A stretch of 61,289 nucleotides of DNA, counting the filler. It is 9 parts of 9 records of this genome, joined end to end, with 100 filler letters (N's around TTAATTAATTAA, not from the genome) between each part and the next. Parts side by side here need not be neighbours in the genome. Positions count along the whole stretch, not along the records: positions 1 to 6,933 come from SRR31147125_86776; positions 7,034 to 13,816 come from SRR31147125_86791; 7 more parts are not named here. One strand, written 5' to 3'. This document shows positions 1-9,633 of the stretch, one piece after another; position 1 is the stretch's first letter, and each line of letters starts with the position of its first letter. Position numbers and translations under genes: made by a program. The notes under the pieces were generated by a model, which searched no databases, was not told the origin of the DNA, and was given only the letters and a program-made list of their open reading frames with translations.

Positions 1-159
1 CCCTGCTGCAGACTTCTGCAGCCCTTTTATCTTGTAAGTGATCTCGTAGGAATCCGGCGGGTTCCCTTCAATCGACTCAATACTGATCTGAGAGGTGCTG
101 GAGAATGCCTCTGTTATTTCATTGTAGATCGTTTCAAGCTGTTCCGTCGCGATTGCCAT
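1..159 (-). CDS. Partial (3'-truncated) protein resembling the N-terminus of bacterial ubiquitin-conjugating E2-like domains
   Basis: Not in the ORF track. Manual translation from ATG at 159 gives MAIATEQLETIYNEITEAFSSTSQISIESIEGNPPDSYEITYKIKGLQKSAAG, open to the window edge. The GxPPxxYxxxYxxxGL pattern recalls prokaryotic E2/UBC-like proteins. Confidence 0.55.
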   Translation of the reverse strand, partial: MAIATEQLETIYNEITEAFSSTSQISIESIEGNPPDSYEITYKIKGLQKSAAG

Positions 160-244
160 CTATGTGCACCGATGATTTTGCCGGGAAAGGTAACGTGATA
201 TTCAGCCGATATTATAGCAGGATTACGAAACAACGAAAGATATT

Positions 245-889
245 TTATAACGGTTGGTTAGGATTGCTTATGCAGAAAGGGGGAAGTGCCAGGATATCCA
301 TGAAGCAGTCGACGTGGTATCTGGCGGTCAGTCCCCGGTTTTTGAACGCTATCAGATCCACCCCGGCGCTGTATGCGTGGAGGCGGTCAACCTCTGAATC
401 CCCGATGAAAATGGTTTCGCCGGGGCCGCAGTCGAAGTGGGTAAAGATCCGGAGCAGCGCGTCCGGAGCAGGCTTGGGGTTATCAACATCCATTGGTGTC
501 ACCACCAGTTCGAAATAGTCTGTCAGCCCGAATCGTTCAAGCAGCGGTTGCATGGTGGTACTTCTGTTGGTTGATATCGCAAGTCGGTATCTGTGCTCGA
601 CGGTATCGAGAAATCGGGGGAGGTCCTGCTCCATGATCATCGAAGAGAGGTAGGGTTCGTAGTCCAGCTCCTGGCGGCGGCGGTGAACCCGGGCCAGTTC
701 GATTTCCGGGTGTCGGCTGAATATATGGTCCACGGCATCGTCCACGTTGTGACAGTGTACGTAGTCGAGCTCGGCCTCGGACATCGGGCTGCAGTCAAAC
801 AGGGAGAGCAGGTCGTTGTAGTAATCTCGGTTGGCTTCCCGGGAGTCGAACAGGACGCCGTCGCAGTCGAAGACGATGAGTGATACCAT
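245..889 (-). CDS. HAD-family hydrolase (phosphoglycolate phosphatase-like)
   Basis: Motifs FDCDGVLFDS, STNR, KPAPD and IGDSEVD. Confidence 0.9.
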   Translation of the reverse strand: MVSLIVFDCDGVLFDSREANRDYYNDLLSLFDCSPMSEAELDYVHCHNVDDAVDHIFSRHPEIELARVHRRRQELDYEPYLSSMIMEQDLPRFLDTVEHRYRLAISTNRSTTMQPLLERFGLTDYFELVVTPMDVDNPKPAPDALLRIFTHFDCGPGETIFIGDSEVDRLHAYSAGVDLIAFKNRGLTARYHVDCFMDILALPPFCISNPNQPL

Positions 890-901
890 TGCAGGTCGGC
901 T

Positions 902-1666
902 CTACCGGTCCTGGAGGCCGGTGGTCTGGGGGGACTGTCCGAAAATGACCTTTTTCACGAAGTTCATACCATATTCGAGCAGCGCCTCGTCATCGTTCAT
1001 GATCTGCTCGGAGATTGCCTGCGAAGCCCTGACCTGACTGGCCCTGAGTCCGGCCCGAAACGAATCGATATCGTACAGTGCCAGTCTATATAAGCGTCGG
1101 TGCTTATCGGATAGATGCGCGGGCACATACTGGGTGATCCCGGTCAGCATGTCGTTGAATCGGTTGTATGGTTCCAGTTCCTGGGAGTCCATGAAGCTGT
1201 CAACCGTTTGTACCGTTTGCTCCTCAAACCCACGGCAGTGCGGTTCTTTGAGCAGGATGAACTGTTCCGATATCCCCGCAGCGTCTCTGGACACTCCCCT
1301 GCCGAGCGGATACGTTCGGCAGGCTCCGGGGCGATCCCGGTAGATAGAACACCCATCTGCGGTCACGAATACACAGCTGGCTTTCCCGTCATCTACCATG
1401 CTCAGATAAAAATTGGGAAAACCGTTATCGGGGCAGGGTTCTTCAATGATGTAGCGCTGATGCAATTCTGCTGAAGTGAGACCGGTTGCATATCTCAGCC
1501 TGAGTACGTCGTACGGGGTCAATGCCAGTTCGAGTTCCCGGCAGCAGTCCGTAAAGCATCGGACACCAGGGTGACACCGGAAGAAAAATTTTTCTCCCTT
1601 CTCAATTCTGCTCACCTGCTCCGGCAGTCCTGCCATACTCGTGTCAGCCAGTCCTTTCTGCATCAC
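902..1666 (-). CDS. YkgJ-family cysteine-cluster (CxxCxxCC) protein
   Basis: FRCHPGVRCFTDCC, CVFV..GCSIY.DRP.ACRTYP motifs. Confidence 0.85.
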   Translation of the reverse strand: MMQKGLADTSMAGLPEQVSRIEKGEKFFFRCHPGVRCFTDCCRELELALTPYDVLRLRYATGLTSAELHQRYIIEEPCPDNGFPNFYLSMVDDGKASCVFVTADGCSIYRDRPGACRTYPLGRGVSRDAAGISEQFILLKEPHCRGFEEQTVQTVDSFMDSQELEPYNRFNDMLTGITQYVPAHLSDKHRRLYRLALYDIDSFRAGLRASQVRASQAISEQIMNDDEALLEYGMNFVKKVIFGQSPQTTGLQDR

Positions 1667-1687
1667 GGATCGGGGCGAGGTCCCGCA

Positions 1688-4273
1688 TCAGGCCTGTTGC
1701 CGTTTCCAGAATGTCAGGAGCGGGCTGGCAATGAAAATCGACGAGTAGGTACCGATCAACACGCCGACGAGCAGCGCAAACGAGAAGTCATGGATGACCT
1801 GGCCGCCGAAGAGAAACAGTGCCAGCAATACCATACCCGAGGTCAGCGAGGTGACGATGGTTCTGCTGATCACCTGGTTGACGCTTTCATTGATGAGCCC
1901 GGTTGTAAGGCGGAAACTTTCCGTCTTTCTCAGGTTCTCGCGGATCCTGTCAAACACGACCACCGAGTCGTTGAGAGAGTAGCCGGCGAGGGTGAGCAGG
2001 GCGGTAACGATCAGCAACGTTATTTCGACGTTTAACAGCCAGCAGATTCCCAGTACCACAAGGACGTCATGAAAGGTCGCCGCAGCGGCGGCCAGCCCGA
2101 ATCCGAGATCGAAGCGGAACGCCAGATAGACGATAACACCGGCCAGGGATATGAGGATTGCCTGAATCGCTTTGTTGCGAAGGACTGCGCTGACGCTCGA
2201 GCCGATTTCGGACTGTGATTCGAGAACGAATCCCTTGTCGGCCAGCTCCATCTCGAAGAGCTCACTGACCTGATCACCGAGGTTTGCGACAACCGCTTCA
2301 GATTTCTTCACCTTGACGATCAGCCGGTTCTCGTTTTCGACTTCCTGCAGGTTGATGCCTTCCAGGTCGTGGCCGGTGAATACGGCCCTGACTTCCGCCA
2401 TCGAAAACGGTTGCTCAGCCTTGTACTGCAGCAGGGATCCACCGGAGAAGTCGACCCCGAGATTGGCACTCCCGCGGGCGATCTGGAAAAATGCGACGAG
2501 ACCGATGAGTACCATGACCCCGGAAATCGAGAAGGTGATGGTGCGGACCTTCATGAAATCGATATTCGGCTTTTTTGCGAACTGCATGAATTTGAGGCTC
2601 GTAATGATGCGTTTTGCCGTCAGTGTATCGAAGATCAGCCGCGAACAGAACAGCGCCGTGAAGAGGTTGAAGATGATACCGAGTGACAGTGTAACGGCGA
2701 AACCCTTGATCGGGCCGGTACCGAAAAGAAACAGTGCCAGGGCGGTGATCAGGGTGGTTACCTGGGAGTCGACGATGGTCCACAGTGCTTTGCCGAATCC
2801 GCTGTCGATGCTCGAGCGGACTGGTTTACCCAACGCGTACTCCTCCCGCATCCTCTCGAATATCAGCACGTTGGCATCAACCGCCATACCGATGGACAGG
2901 ACGATACCGGCGATGCCGGGCAGGGTCAGTGTCGCGTTGAGCACCGCCAGGCCGGAGAACAGGAAGAGGATGTTCAGGGTGAGTGCGAAGTTTGCGATGA
3001 TACCGGAAAGACGGTAGTAGATGATCATGAAGCCGAGTACCAGGAGGGCTCCGAACAACCCGGACACCAGGCCTTTTTGGATTGAATCCTTACCAAGGCT
3101 GGATCCGACTGTCATATTCGATATCACGTCAACCGGAGCCGGCAGTGCACCGACCCTGAGTACGATGGCCAGGTCCGATGCCTCTTCGTGGCTGAAGCTA
3201 CCCGATATCTGCGCTGACCCGCCGAGAATCCGTTCGCGGATCACCGGTGCGGACTTGACGACACCGTCGAGCACGATAGCCATCCGCCGGCCGACATTCT
3301 TCTCCGTAATCGTCCCGAACAATTTCCCTCCGCGGGAAGTCAGATCGAGGCTTACGTAAGGTTCGTTGAAGGTTCCACCGACTCTCACCTGGGCGTTTTT
3401 TACCATATCGCCGGTCATCAGAACCTTGTTGTCGAGCAGAATCGGTTGGCCATTCTCGATTCCGGTCTGGGAATCTACCAGGCGTTCAAAATAGATCGAC
3501 GTATTGGCCGGCAGAGTGGCAGCCAGCAATTGGTTGAGTTTTTTGACTTCGGCGAGTTCCTGCCACCGTCCCGACCACTGGCCGGACTCGATGGATCCAG
3601 CGACAAGCTGTTCGATATTGGCCCCTTCGCTCTCGGCCACCAACTTGAATTCGAGCTGGGCGGTATCGCCGAGCAACTTCATTGCACGGTCGGGGTCTTT
3701 TACACCTGGGAGCTGGATGACGATTTCGTCGGCCCCCTGGCGGATTATCACCGGTTCTGCAACACCGAACTGGTCGATACGGTTCCTGATGATTTCGAGT
3801 GACTGGGCAACCGCATTGTTCTTAATGTAGTCGACCTTTTCCTGGCTCAACTTAATGATAATACGGGGGAAACTTCCTTCCTTCGCGTCGACCTGGACGT
3901 CGAGTTCCTCGTCAAACCCGTCATCGATAATTTCCTGGACCGCTCCGATCGCACTGGAGTTGGGAAGGGTGAAGGTTATGGTGTCTTTGGCGGGTGAGGT
4001 GGACTGGACTGCAGTAATCGACTGTTCGGCCAGGGTGTCCTTGAGGTCGTTTGCCGCCAGCTCTAGCGAGTTCTCCTCTGCTTTTCTGAGGTTTACCTTG
4101 AGAACGAGATGCATACCCCCCTGCAGATCGAGGCCGAGGCGCAACCCCTCGGGTGCCATGTAGGTCTTCCACCATGACGGAGTGCCTGCATAAAACGACG
4201 GTACGACGGTAACGACTGCCAGAGCGATGAGAAACGTGAGCAGCCCGAGTTTGAGTTTAATTCCAGTATTCAT
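1688..4273 (-). CDS. secDF: Fused protein translocase subunit SecDF
   Basis: LGLDLQGG, RIDQFGVAEP, GMAVDANVLIFER (SecD); GVDFSGG, GYSLNDSVVVFDRIRE (SecF). Confidence 0.97.
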   Translation of the reverse strand: MNTGIKLKLGLLTFLIALAVVTVVPSFYAGTPSWWKTYMAPEGLRLGLDLQGGMHLVLKVNLRKAEENSLELAANDLKDTLAEQSITAVQSTSPAKDTITFTLPNSSAIGAVQEIIDDGFDEELDVQVDAKEGSFPRIIIKLSQEKVDYIKNNAVAQSLEIIRNRIDQFGVAEPVIIRQGADEIVIQLPGVKDPDRAMKLLGDTAQLEFKLVAESEGANIEQLVAGSIESGQWSGRWQELAEVKKLNQLLAATLPANTSIYFERLVDSQTGIENGQPILLDNKVLMTGDMVKNAQVRVGGTFNEPYVSLDLTSRGGKLFGTITEKNVGRRMAIVLDGVVKSAPVIRERILGGSAQISGSFSHEEASDLAIVLRVGALPAPVDVISNMTVGSSLGKDSIQKGLVSGLFGALLVLGFMIIYYRLSGIIANFALTLNILFLFSGLAVLNATLTLPGIAGIVLSIGMAVDANVLIFERMREEYALGKPVRSSIDSGFGKALWTIVDSQVTTLITALALFLFGTGPIKGFAVTLSLGIIFNLFTALFCSRLIFDTLTAKRIITSLKFMQFAKKPNIDFMKVRTITFSISGVMVLIGLVAFFQIARGSANLGVDFSGGSLLQYKAEQPFSMAEVRAVFTGHDLEGINLQEVENENRLIVKVKKSEAVVANLGDQVSELFEMELADKGFVLESQSEIGSSVSAVLRNKAIQAILISLAGVIVYLAFRFDLGFGLAAAAATFHDVLVVLGICWLLNVEITLLIVTALLTLAGYSLNDSVVVFDRIRENLRKTESFRLTTGLINESVNQVISRTIVTSLTSGMVLLALFLFGGQVIHDFSFALLVGVLIGTYSSIFIASPLLTFWKRQQA

Positions 4274-4362
4274 GTACTTCCCCGAGAGGATTTGACTATT
4301 AACTTCAGGCTCTCCTGAGGAGTCCGGAGAACCGCTGAATGCATGCTGAGATCAACCACGCG

Positions 4363-4390
4363 ATTATACTCTAATGCCCGAATCTTGCAA
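4363..4390 (-). promoter_or_regulatory. Candidate sigma-70 promoter of secDF
   Basis: TTGCAA-N16-TATAAT on the minus strand, about 90 nt upstream of the secDF start. Confidence 0.45.
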
Positions 4391-4472
4391 GCTTTGCCGC
4401 AGAATTTGTTGGGATGCGGGGAGACGTTCGGCTCCGGCGCCATGGATGACCGGCTACGGGGCTGAGCGGCTG

Positions 4473-5228
4473 CTATTTCAGCCGGTTTATTTTCGCCGCC
4501 ATACAGGCTGCCCCGAACCCATTGTCAATGTTGACGACAGCCAGACCGGGCGCGCAGCTGTTGAGCATGCCGAGAAGGGCCGCAAAACCGCCTATCCCCG
4601 CACCGTAGCCGACGGAGGTCAGGACGCCGATGACAGGGCAGTCCACAAGCCCGCCGACCACGCTTGGCAACGCCCCTTCCATTCCAGCTGCAACGATGAT
4701 GACGGACGCGTCGAGGAAGATCTCCCGGTGGGCCAGCAGCCGGTGCAGTCCGGCCACGCCGGCGTCGTAGATCGTTTCCACCGGATGGCCGAATACCTCC
4801 GCCGTTATCCTGGCCTCTTCCGCCACCGGCAGATCGGAGGTGCCGGCGCAGATAACTACGATGGTTCCCCTGAGTTGGTCGGCGTCGATCCGGTTCTTCT
4901 CGAACTGCAGCATCCGGGCCTGCTCGTGATAGGTGAAATCGGGCAGGGCGCTGAGCACGGTCCCGGCCTTTTCGGCAGTCACGCGCGTGGCCAGTACCGC
5001 ACCCTTCTTTTTCATCATCGCGCTGGCAATGGCGATGATCTGATCGGCACTTTTTGATTCACCGTAGATCACTTCGGGCAGGCCGGTGCGCAGGTGCCGC
5101 TGGTGGTCGATGCAGGCTGTATCGATCTGCTCAGCCGGGAAATTTCTTAGGATATCAATCCCCTTTTCTACCGGTGTCAGCCCTTTCTGAATATCGGTGA
5201 GCAATGCCTTGAGCTGGTCGTTGTCCAT
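4473..5228 (-). CDS. larB: Nickel-pincer cofactor biosynthesis protein LarB (PurE-like)
   Basis: IDHQRHLRTGLPEVIYGESK, AGTSDLPVAEEA, DAGVAGLHRL, AGMEGALPSVVGGL, VNIDNGFGAA; start taken at MDNDQL. Confidence 0.93.
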   Translation of the reverse strand: MDNDQLKALLTDIQKGLTPVEKGIDILRNFPAEQIDTACIDHQRHLRTGLPEVIYGESKSADQIIAIASAMMKKKGAVLATRVTAEKAGTVLSALPDFTYHEQARMLQFEKNRIDADQLRGTIVVICAGTSDLPVAEEARITAEVFGHPVETIYDAGVAGLHRLLAHREIFLDASVIIVAAGMEGALPSVVGGLVDCPVIGVLTSVGYGAGIGGFAALLGMLNSCAPGLAVVNIDNGFGAACMAAKINRLK

Positions 5229-5459
5229 AGTCGAAGATCTCAAATGTTTGGGTGTTTATCGTGCTCCGGGAGGCCCCTCGTGGGTGTTGCGCACCACTGT
5301 ATCATGTGCGCTGCTTATCGTAAAGGTGGCTGTGGTGTTTACCCCCGCAGCTGTTTTTGTTACAATACCATCCGTTTGTCCGGAGAGCGTCTGTCTGCAT
5401 CTGTTTTCCAGACCCGCACGCGCCCGGGCATAACACGGTCATACTATACTAAGGCTATC

Positions 5460-5501
5460 TTGAATAATTATCTCTTTTGGCCTAAAATTCGAATTATTCA
5501 A
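5460..5501 (+). promoter_or_regulatory. Candidate sigma-70 promoter flanked by a 10-bp inverted repeat
   Basis: TTGAAT-N17-TAAAAT at 5460-5488; inverted pair TTGAATAATT (5460-5469) and AATTATTCAA (5492-5501). Confidence 0.45.
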
Positions 5502-5536
5502 AGTACCCTGATCAGATCATTAACTACGAGGTAACA

Positions 5537-6556
5537 ATGACTCAGGAAAATTTGCCGGACTATATTACCCATTTCATGAAACCGGAGTCCCACGATCTCC
5601 CGGCCTCCGGTGTACAGCTCATCCAGACGCACATTTCGTACGTCCTGGTCCTCGATCAGGATGTCTATAAATTCAAGAAGCCCGTGGATTTCGGCTTCCT
5701 GGATTTTTCAACCCTCGATAAACGAGCGTATTTCTGCGAACAGGAAGTGGCGCTGAACCGGCGGCTCTGCCCGGATATTTACCTGGGGCGGGTGGGCGTG
5801 CACCGGGTGGAGGATGGCTTTCGGTTGGGGGCTGACGACGATGCGGTCGAATACGGCGTCAGGATGGCGCGTATGGACGAGAGCCGGATGATGGGAAGGG
5901 TAATGGCTGCGGGCGGGCTGCGAGAGGAGCACCTCGATGCAATCGTCGAGAAGCTTGTTCCGTTCTACGCATCTGCCGGGGACAGTGATGAGATCAAAGC
6001 GTTCGGGTTGCCGGAAAAGGTCGGGGTAAACGTCATCGAAAACTTCGACCAGACCGAAGCGTTTATCGGCGGCGGGGCTCTGAAACAGGAACAGTTCGAT
6101 TGCATCAGGAACTATGCGACCGGGGTGCTGAGAGAAGCGGACCGCTTTCAGCGGCGCATTTCCGATGGTCGCATCAGGGACTGCCATGGAGACCTCTACT
6201 CGGCCAATATCTGCCTCGATGACAACGTGCATATCTTCGACTGCATAGAGTTCAACGACCGGCTGCGATACAGTGATGTGGCCGGCGACATCGGCTTTCT
6301 CGCAATGGATCTCGACTACCACGGCTTTAATGAACTGTCCGACTATTTTGTCGAACGGTATGTCGAGCGGTCCCAGGATGACGGGATTCTGGATCTCATC
6401 GCATTCTACCAGTGCTACCGGGCCTACGTGCGGGGTAAAATCAGCCTGTTCACTGCGGCTGATCCGGTGGTCGATGCCCGAACAACGGCAGACTGCATCG
6501 AACAGGCCACACGTTATTTCCGCCTCGCGGCTCACTATGCTGAAAAAGATACCTGA
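5537..6556 (+). CDS. Aminoglycoside-phosphotransferase-like kinase domain protein (COG2187-like)
   Basis: QTHISYV, YKFKKPVDFGFLDFSTL, RDCHGDL, IFDCIEFNDRLR, YRAYVRGK. Confidence 0.88.
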   Translation: MTQENLPDYITHFMKPESHDLPASGVQLIQTHISYVLVLDQDVYKFKKPVDFGFLDFSTLDKRAYFCEQEVALNRRLCPDIYLGRVGVHRVEDGFRLGADDDAVEYGVRMARMDESRMMGRVMAAGGLREEHLDAIVEKLVPFYASAGDSDEIKAFGLPEKVGVNVIENFDQTEAFIGGGALKQEQFDCIRNYATGVLREADRFQRRISDGRIRDCHGDLYSANICLDDNVHIFDCIEFNDRLRYSDVAGDIGFLAMDLDYHGFNELSDYFVERYVERSQDDGILDLIAFYQCYRAYVRGKISLFTAADPVVDARTTADCIEQATRYFRLAAHYAEKDT

Positions 6557-6933
6557 ACCTGTTGTTGCTGTCTTCTTCGGACTCACCGGGTCGGGGAAGA
6601 GTTATCTCGCTCATCGGTGGGCCCTGAAGCACAATTTATATTACCTGAACAGCGACGAGGTAAGAAAACAGATCGCTGGAGTTGCACGGGAGAGTCGGCA
6701 TCATGTGCCGTTCAACCAGGGGCTCTACAGTCCGGAAATGACTGAGCGGACCTACCAGGAAATGGTGGATCGGGGCGTTCGCCGGAGTGCCGAAGGTGGG
6801 TGTGCGGGGGTGGTGCTGGACGGGTCCTTCGGGAAGGATGAGCAAAGGGATCAGGTGGTGGCGGCCTTCACTGCCTCCGTCGCGATTTTCTTCATCCACT
6901 GTCATTGCAGCGAGTCGGTTACCAGGTATCGCT
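6537..6933 (+). CDS. P-loop (AAA_33-type) kinase, 3'-truncated
   Basis: GLTGSGKS Walker A, NSDEVRK, GLYS, VVLDGSF; ATG at 6537 overlaps the upstream gene. Confidence 0.85.
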
Positions 6934-7033
6934 NNNNNNNNNNNNNNNNNNNNNNNNNNNNNNNNNNNNNNNNNNNNTTAATTAATTAANNNNNNNNNNN
7001 NNNNNNNNNNNNNNNNNNNNNNNNNNNNNNNNN
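6934..7033. other. Artificial contig linker
   Basis: N44-TTAATTAATTAA-N44, with stops in all six frames; base composition changes abruptly across it. Confidence 0.99.
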
Positions 7034-7040
7034 AATTATA

Positions 7041-7075
7041 AAATCCTCCCTAACCCTCCTTTGTCAAAGGAGGGA
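7041..7075. repeat. REP-like palindrome / terminator
   Basis: CCCTCCTTTG-T-CAAAGGAGGG perfect hairpin (7054-7074) at the contig end, downstream of the barrel gene. Confidence 0.6.
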
Positions 7076-7087
7076 ATTCGAACATAA

Positions 7088-7761
7088 TCAATATTCAAAC
7101 AATAGACCGAATGAAAAGACCCAGGCTGAGAGATCTAGGCCACCTCCGCCAAAATCGTTGATCCAGTTATATCTTGCTTCTAGCAAAAAGTATGTATCGT
7201 TAATGCCATAGTCTTCTTCCATTGATGCTTTTGCACCCAAATCTATCTTATCCAAAAGGATCTGAATGCCACCTATTCCATGCATTCCATACTTCATACC
7301 ATTAATAGTATGACCCTTTAGATTTTCTCTAAAATAGACATAATCAATTCCCCACTTTACATATGGGACAAAAAGCTGATCTTCCACAAAATCTGCTCTA
7401 AAAACTAAATTGGTCTCAATTGGCAAGAGGAAAAGATTGAATTTATCTGCTGAGGGGATCCCCCTGAAGCACTTACAGCCGTACCATCTTGTGACATAAA
7501 ACCAACACCCAAACCCACACCATACTTAGAATCATACAAAAAGCCCTGCTCAACTTGTCCCGTCATATTGCAACAATTATCAAAAAACATTTTTGTAATC
7601 TGGCCTTGCGGCAACCAAAAGCCACCTTTGAGCTCGGTAGACCACCACTGAGGCGTAGCTTCCTCTGCATAAGCTCTTATGGAAAAAGAAAAAGAGATTA
7701 TTAGAAAGAGAACAAATATAAAACTTTTAGTAAGGTTTAGCTTTTTTGTATTTTCTACCAA
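7088..7761 (-). CDS. Outer-membrane beta-barrel protein (MXAN_2562-like) with an apparent frameshift near 7452-7465
   Basis: Candidate TTG start at 7761 after GGGGGA; signal peptide ending AYA/EE; amphipathic strands; PYVKWGIDY, DYGINDTY; C-terminal aromatic residue (GLLFEY). The frame break lies in GGGGGATCCCC. Confidence 0.7.
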
Positions 7762-9633
7762 ACCAAATCCCCCTAGTAAGAGTAACAAAATCGCAAAAGG
7801 AACTATTGAATCTTTTCCACTACCCAAAGAACAACCTCTTTCACCTGAGAGTTCTGCAGGCCCGACCGTTTCACGCGGGGTCCCTGTAATTCTAGATCCA
7901 CTTGAATAGGTGTAGACCAATGGGCCTTCATTCCCGGCTTCATCAACTGTCTCTACAGAAATATAATACAAGCTATTATTTGTTAGGCCATTCAATTGAC
8001 CAACTAGCGTTGAACCAGAAGAAGGCTGAGCTATCTCTTGTGGAGTTACAGTTTTGTTTACTACAGCATCAGGATCAGTGCTCACATAAACATTGTAGTG
8101 GTCCATATCTGAAACATCTACTCTTGTCATTGTTACATAGAGACGTGTATCCCCAAACCCAACACTCAAAACTTCTGTCGCAGGAGGAGGCGTATCAACA
8201 TCAATCACAACACCACCTCTTCCTTCCAAACTTGTAGAATCAGAAGTTCCAAAGAAAAAGATTATATTATCGCCCTCTTCCAGATTTGCAGAGTTATCAT
8301 CATAATTAAATCTCAAAGTCGTGTCTGTATCTGCAGTCACACTTCCTGTTGAACTTCCCGTATCATCAAGAAAAGGCTCACCACTGCCTTCCATGTCTCC
8401 ATTAACCTTCGCAGCATAACTTGAATCTTCATCTATATTAAATGTTATATCGACATACTCGCCCACACCAAGAGTTGAACCAGTTTCATAAGAGACAGCT
8501 GTAACTTCTGAGTAGGGTCTATCAGAAATCATCGATATAAAGCCACCTTCATCTGTCATATAGAGATAGCTATCAGAAGCTGCCAAAATAGGTCCTCGAT
8601 ATGAGTTATCAATTAAAATGGGATTGTATTTATATGTATCTGTTGTGTTCGTTAAAACATCGATTAACGCATCATTTGCATCAATTACCGTTAAACCTTT
8701 ATCACCAGAGACAAATACATAAGTCGACGAAGGATTTGTAACTGACGTGGAGACAATACCTGACAAAGACCCATTATATGTTTGTCCTGGAGGATCTATA
8801 CTTGCTGGATTTATTTCCATACTGATTGTGCCTATAACAGTACTCGTCGAAGCATTTACAACTTTCACCGATTTGTCAGTATAGTCAGCAACGTATAGAT
8901 AGAATGTACCTGGTCTATGCGTAACACCAATCAAATTATCAGAAGGATCACCGTCTGTATCAACAACTATTGGATTAGCAACCGTTTCACCATCTGCAAT
9001 ATCAAACATAACACCTTTATCTGTAGTAACATAAATATGATCAGCGCTACCCAAAATGGCAGAGACGAGAGTAATATTTGTCACATCAAAATCTAAAGTA
9101 TCATATGTCAAATCGATTGTTGTATTTGTTGTTGTCCCAATTGTATGACGAATCAACTGATTGTCTGTCATATCTAGAATGTAAAGATAAGTTCCAACAC
9201 CATTAATGACAACTTTCCCAAGCTCATTGCTATCTGAAATAGTTTTTGATGTTGGTTTTGCTGTTATGGTAGCTAAAGGAAATGTTAGGAGGTCGCCCTC
9301 TGTCAAAGTGACGTAAAGGTGAGTACTGGACAAAACTAATCCACCGACATCTCCAGAAAAATCAGAATCAGATCCGAAATCGTACGGTTGAAGCGTATCG
9401 AGTGCAGCTTGAAACATCCCCATATCTGCAACTTTGACTTTAGCATCAAAGCCTATATACAGATAGCGGTCGTCTTTTAGATACATCTGAACTGCTTGTG
9501 AAGTTATTCCGCCGGTTGTTCTTAAATCTAACTGAGCGCGCTCAAAATCGGGATAGGACCAGGAGGTTTGAGAAAGGCCAAAACAATAAGCAAAAAAGAT
9601 AAAAACCAATAATATTTTTATAATTTTTTTCAT
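7727..9633 (-). CDS. Secreted beta-propeller/FN3-like protein with a C-terminal GC-motif + TM sorting signal (MYXO-CTERM-like)
   Basis: N-terminal signal peptide; Thr/Asp-rich beta repeats; FN3-like GLTNNSLYYISVETVDEAGNEG; GCSLG followed by a hydrophobic helix. One extra G at 7769-7773 gives the basic tail IWFGRKYKKAKPY* ending at 7727. Confidence 0.7.
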
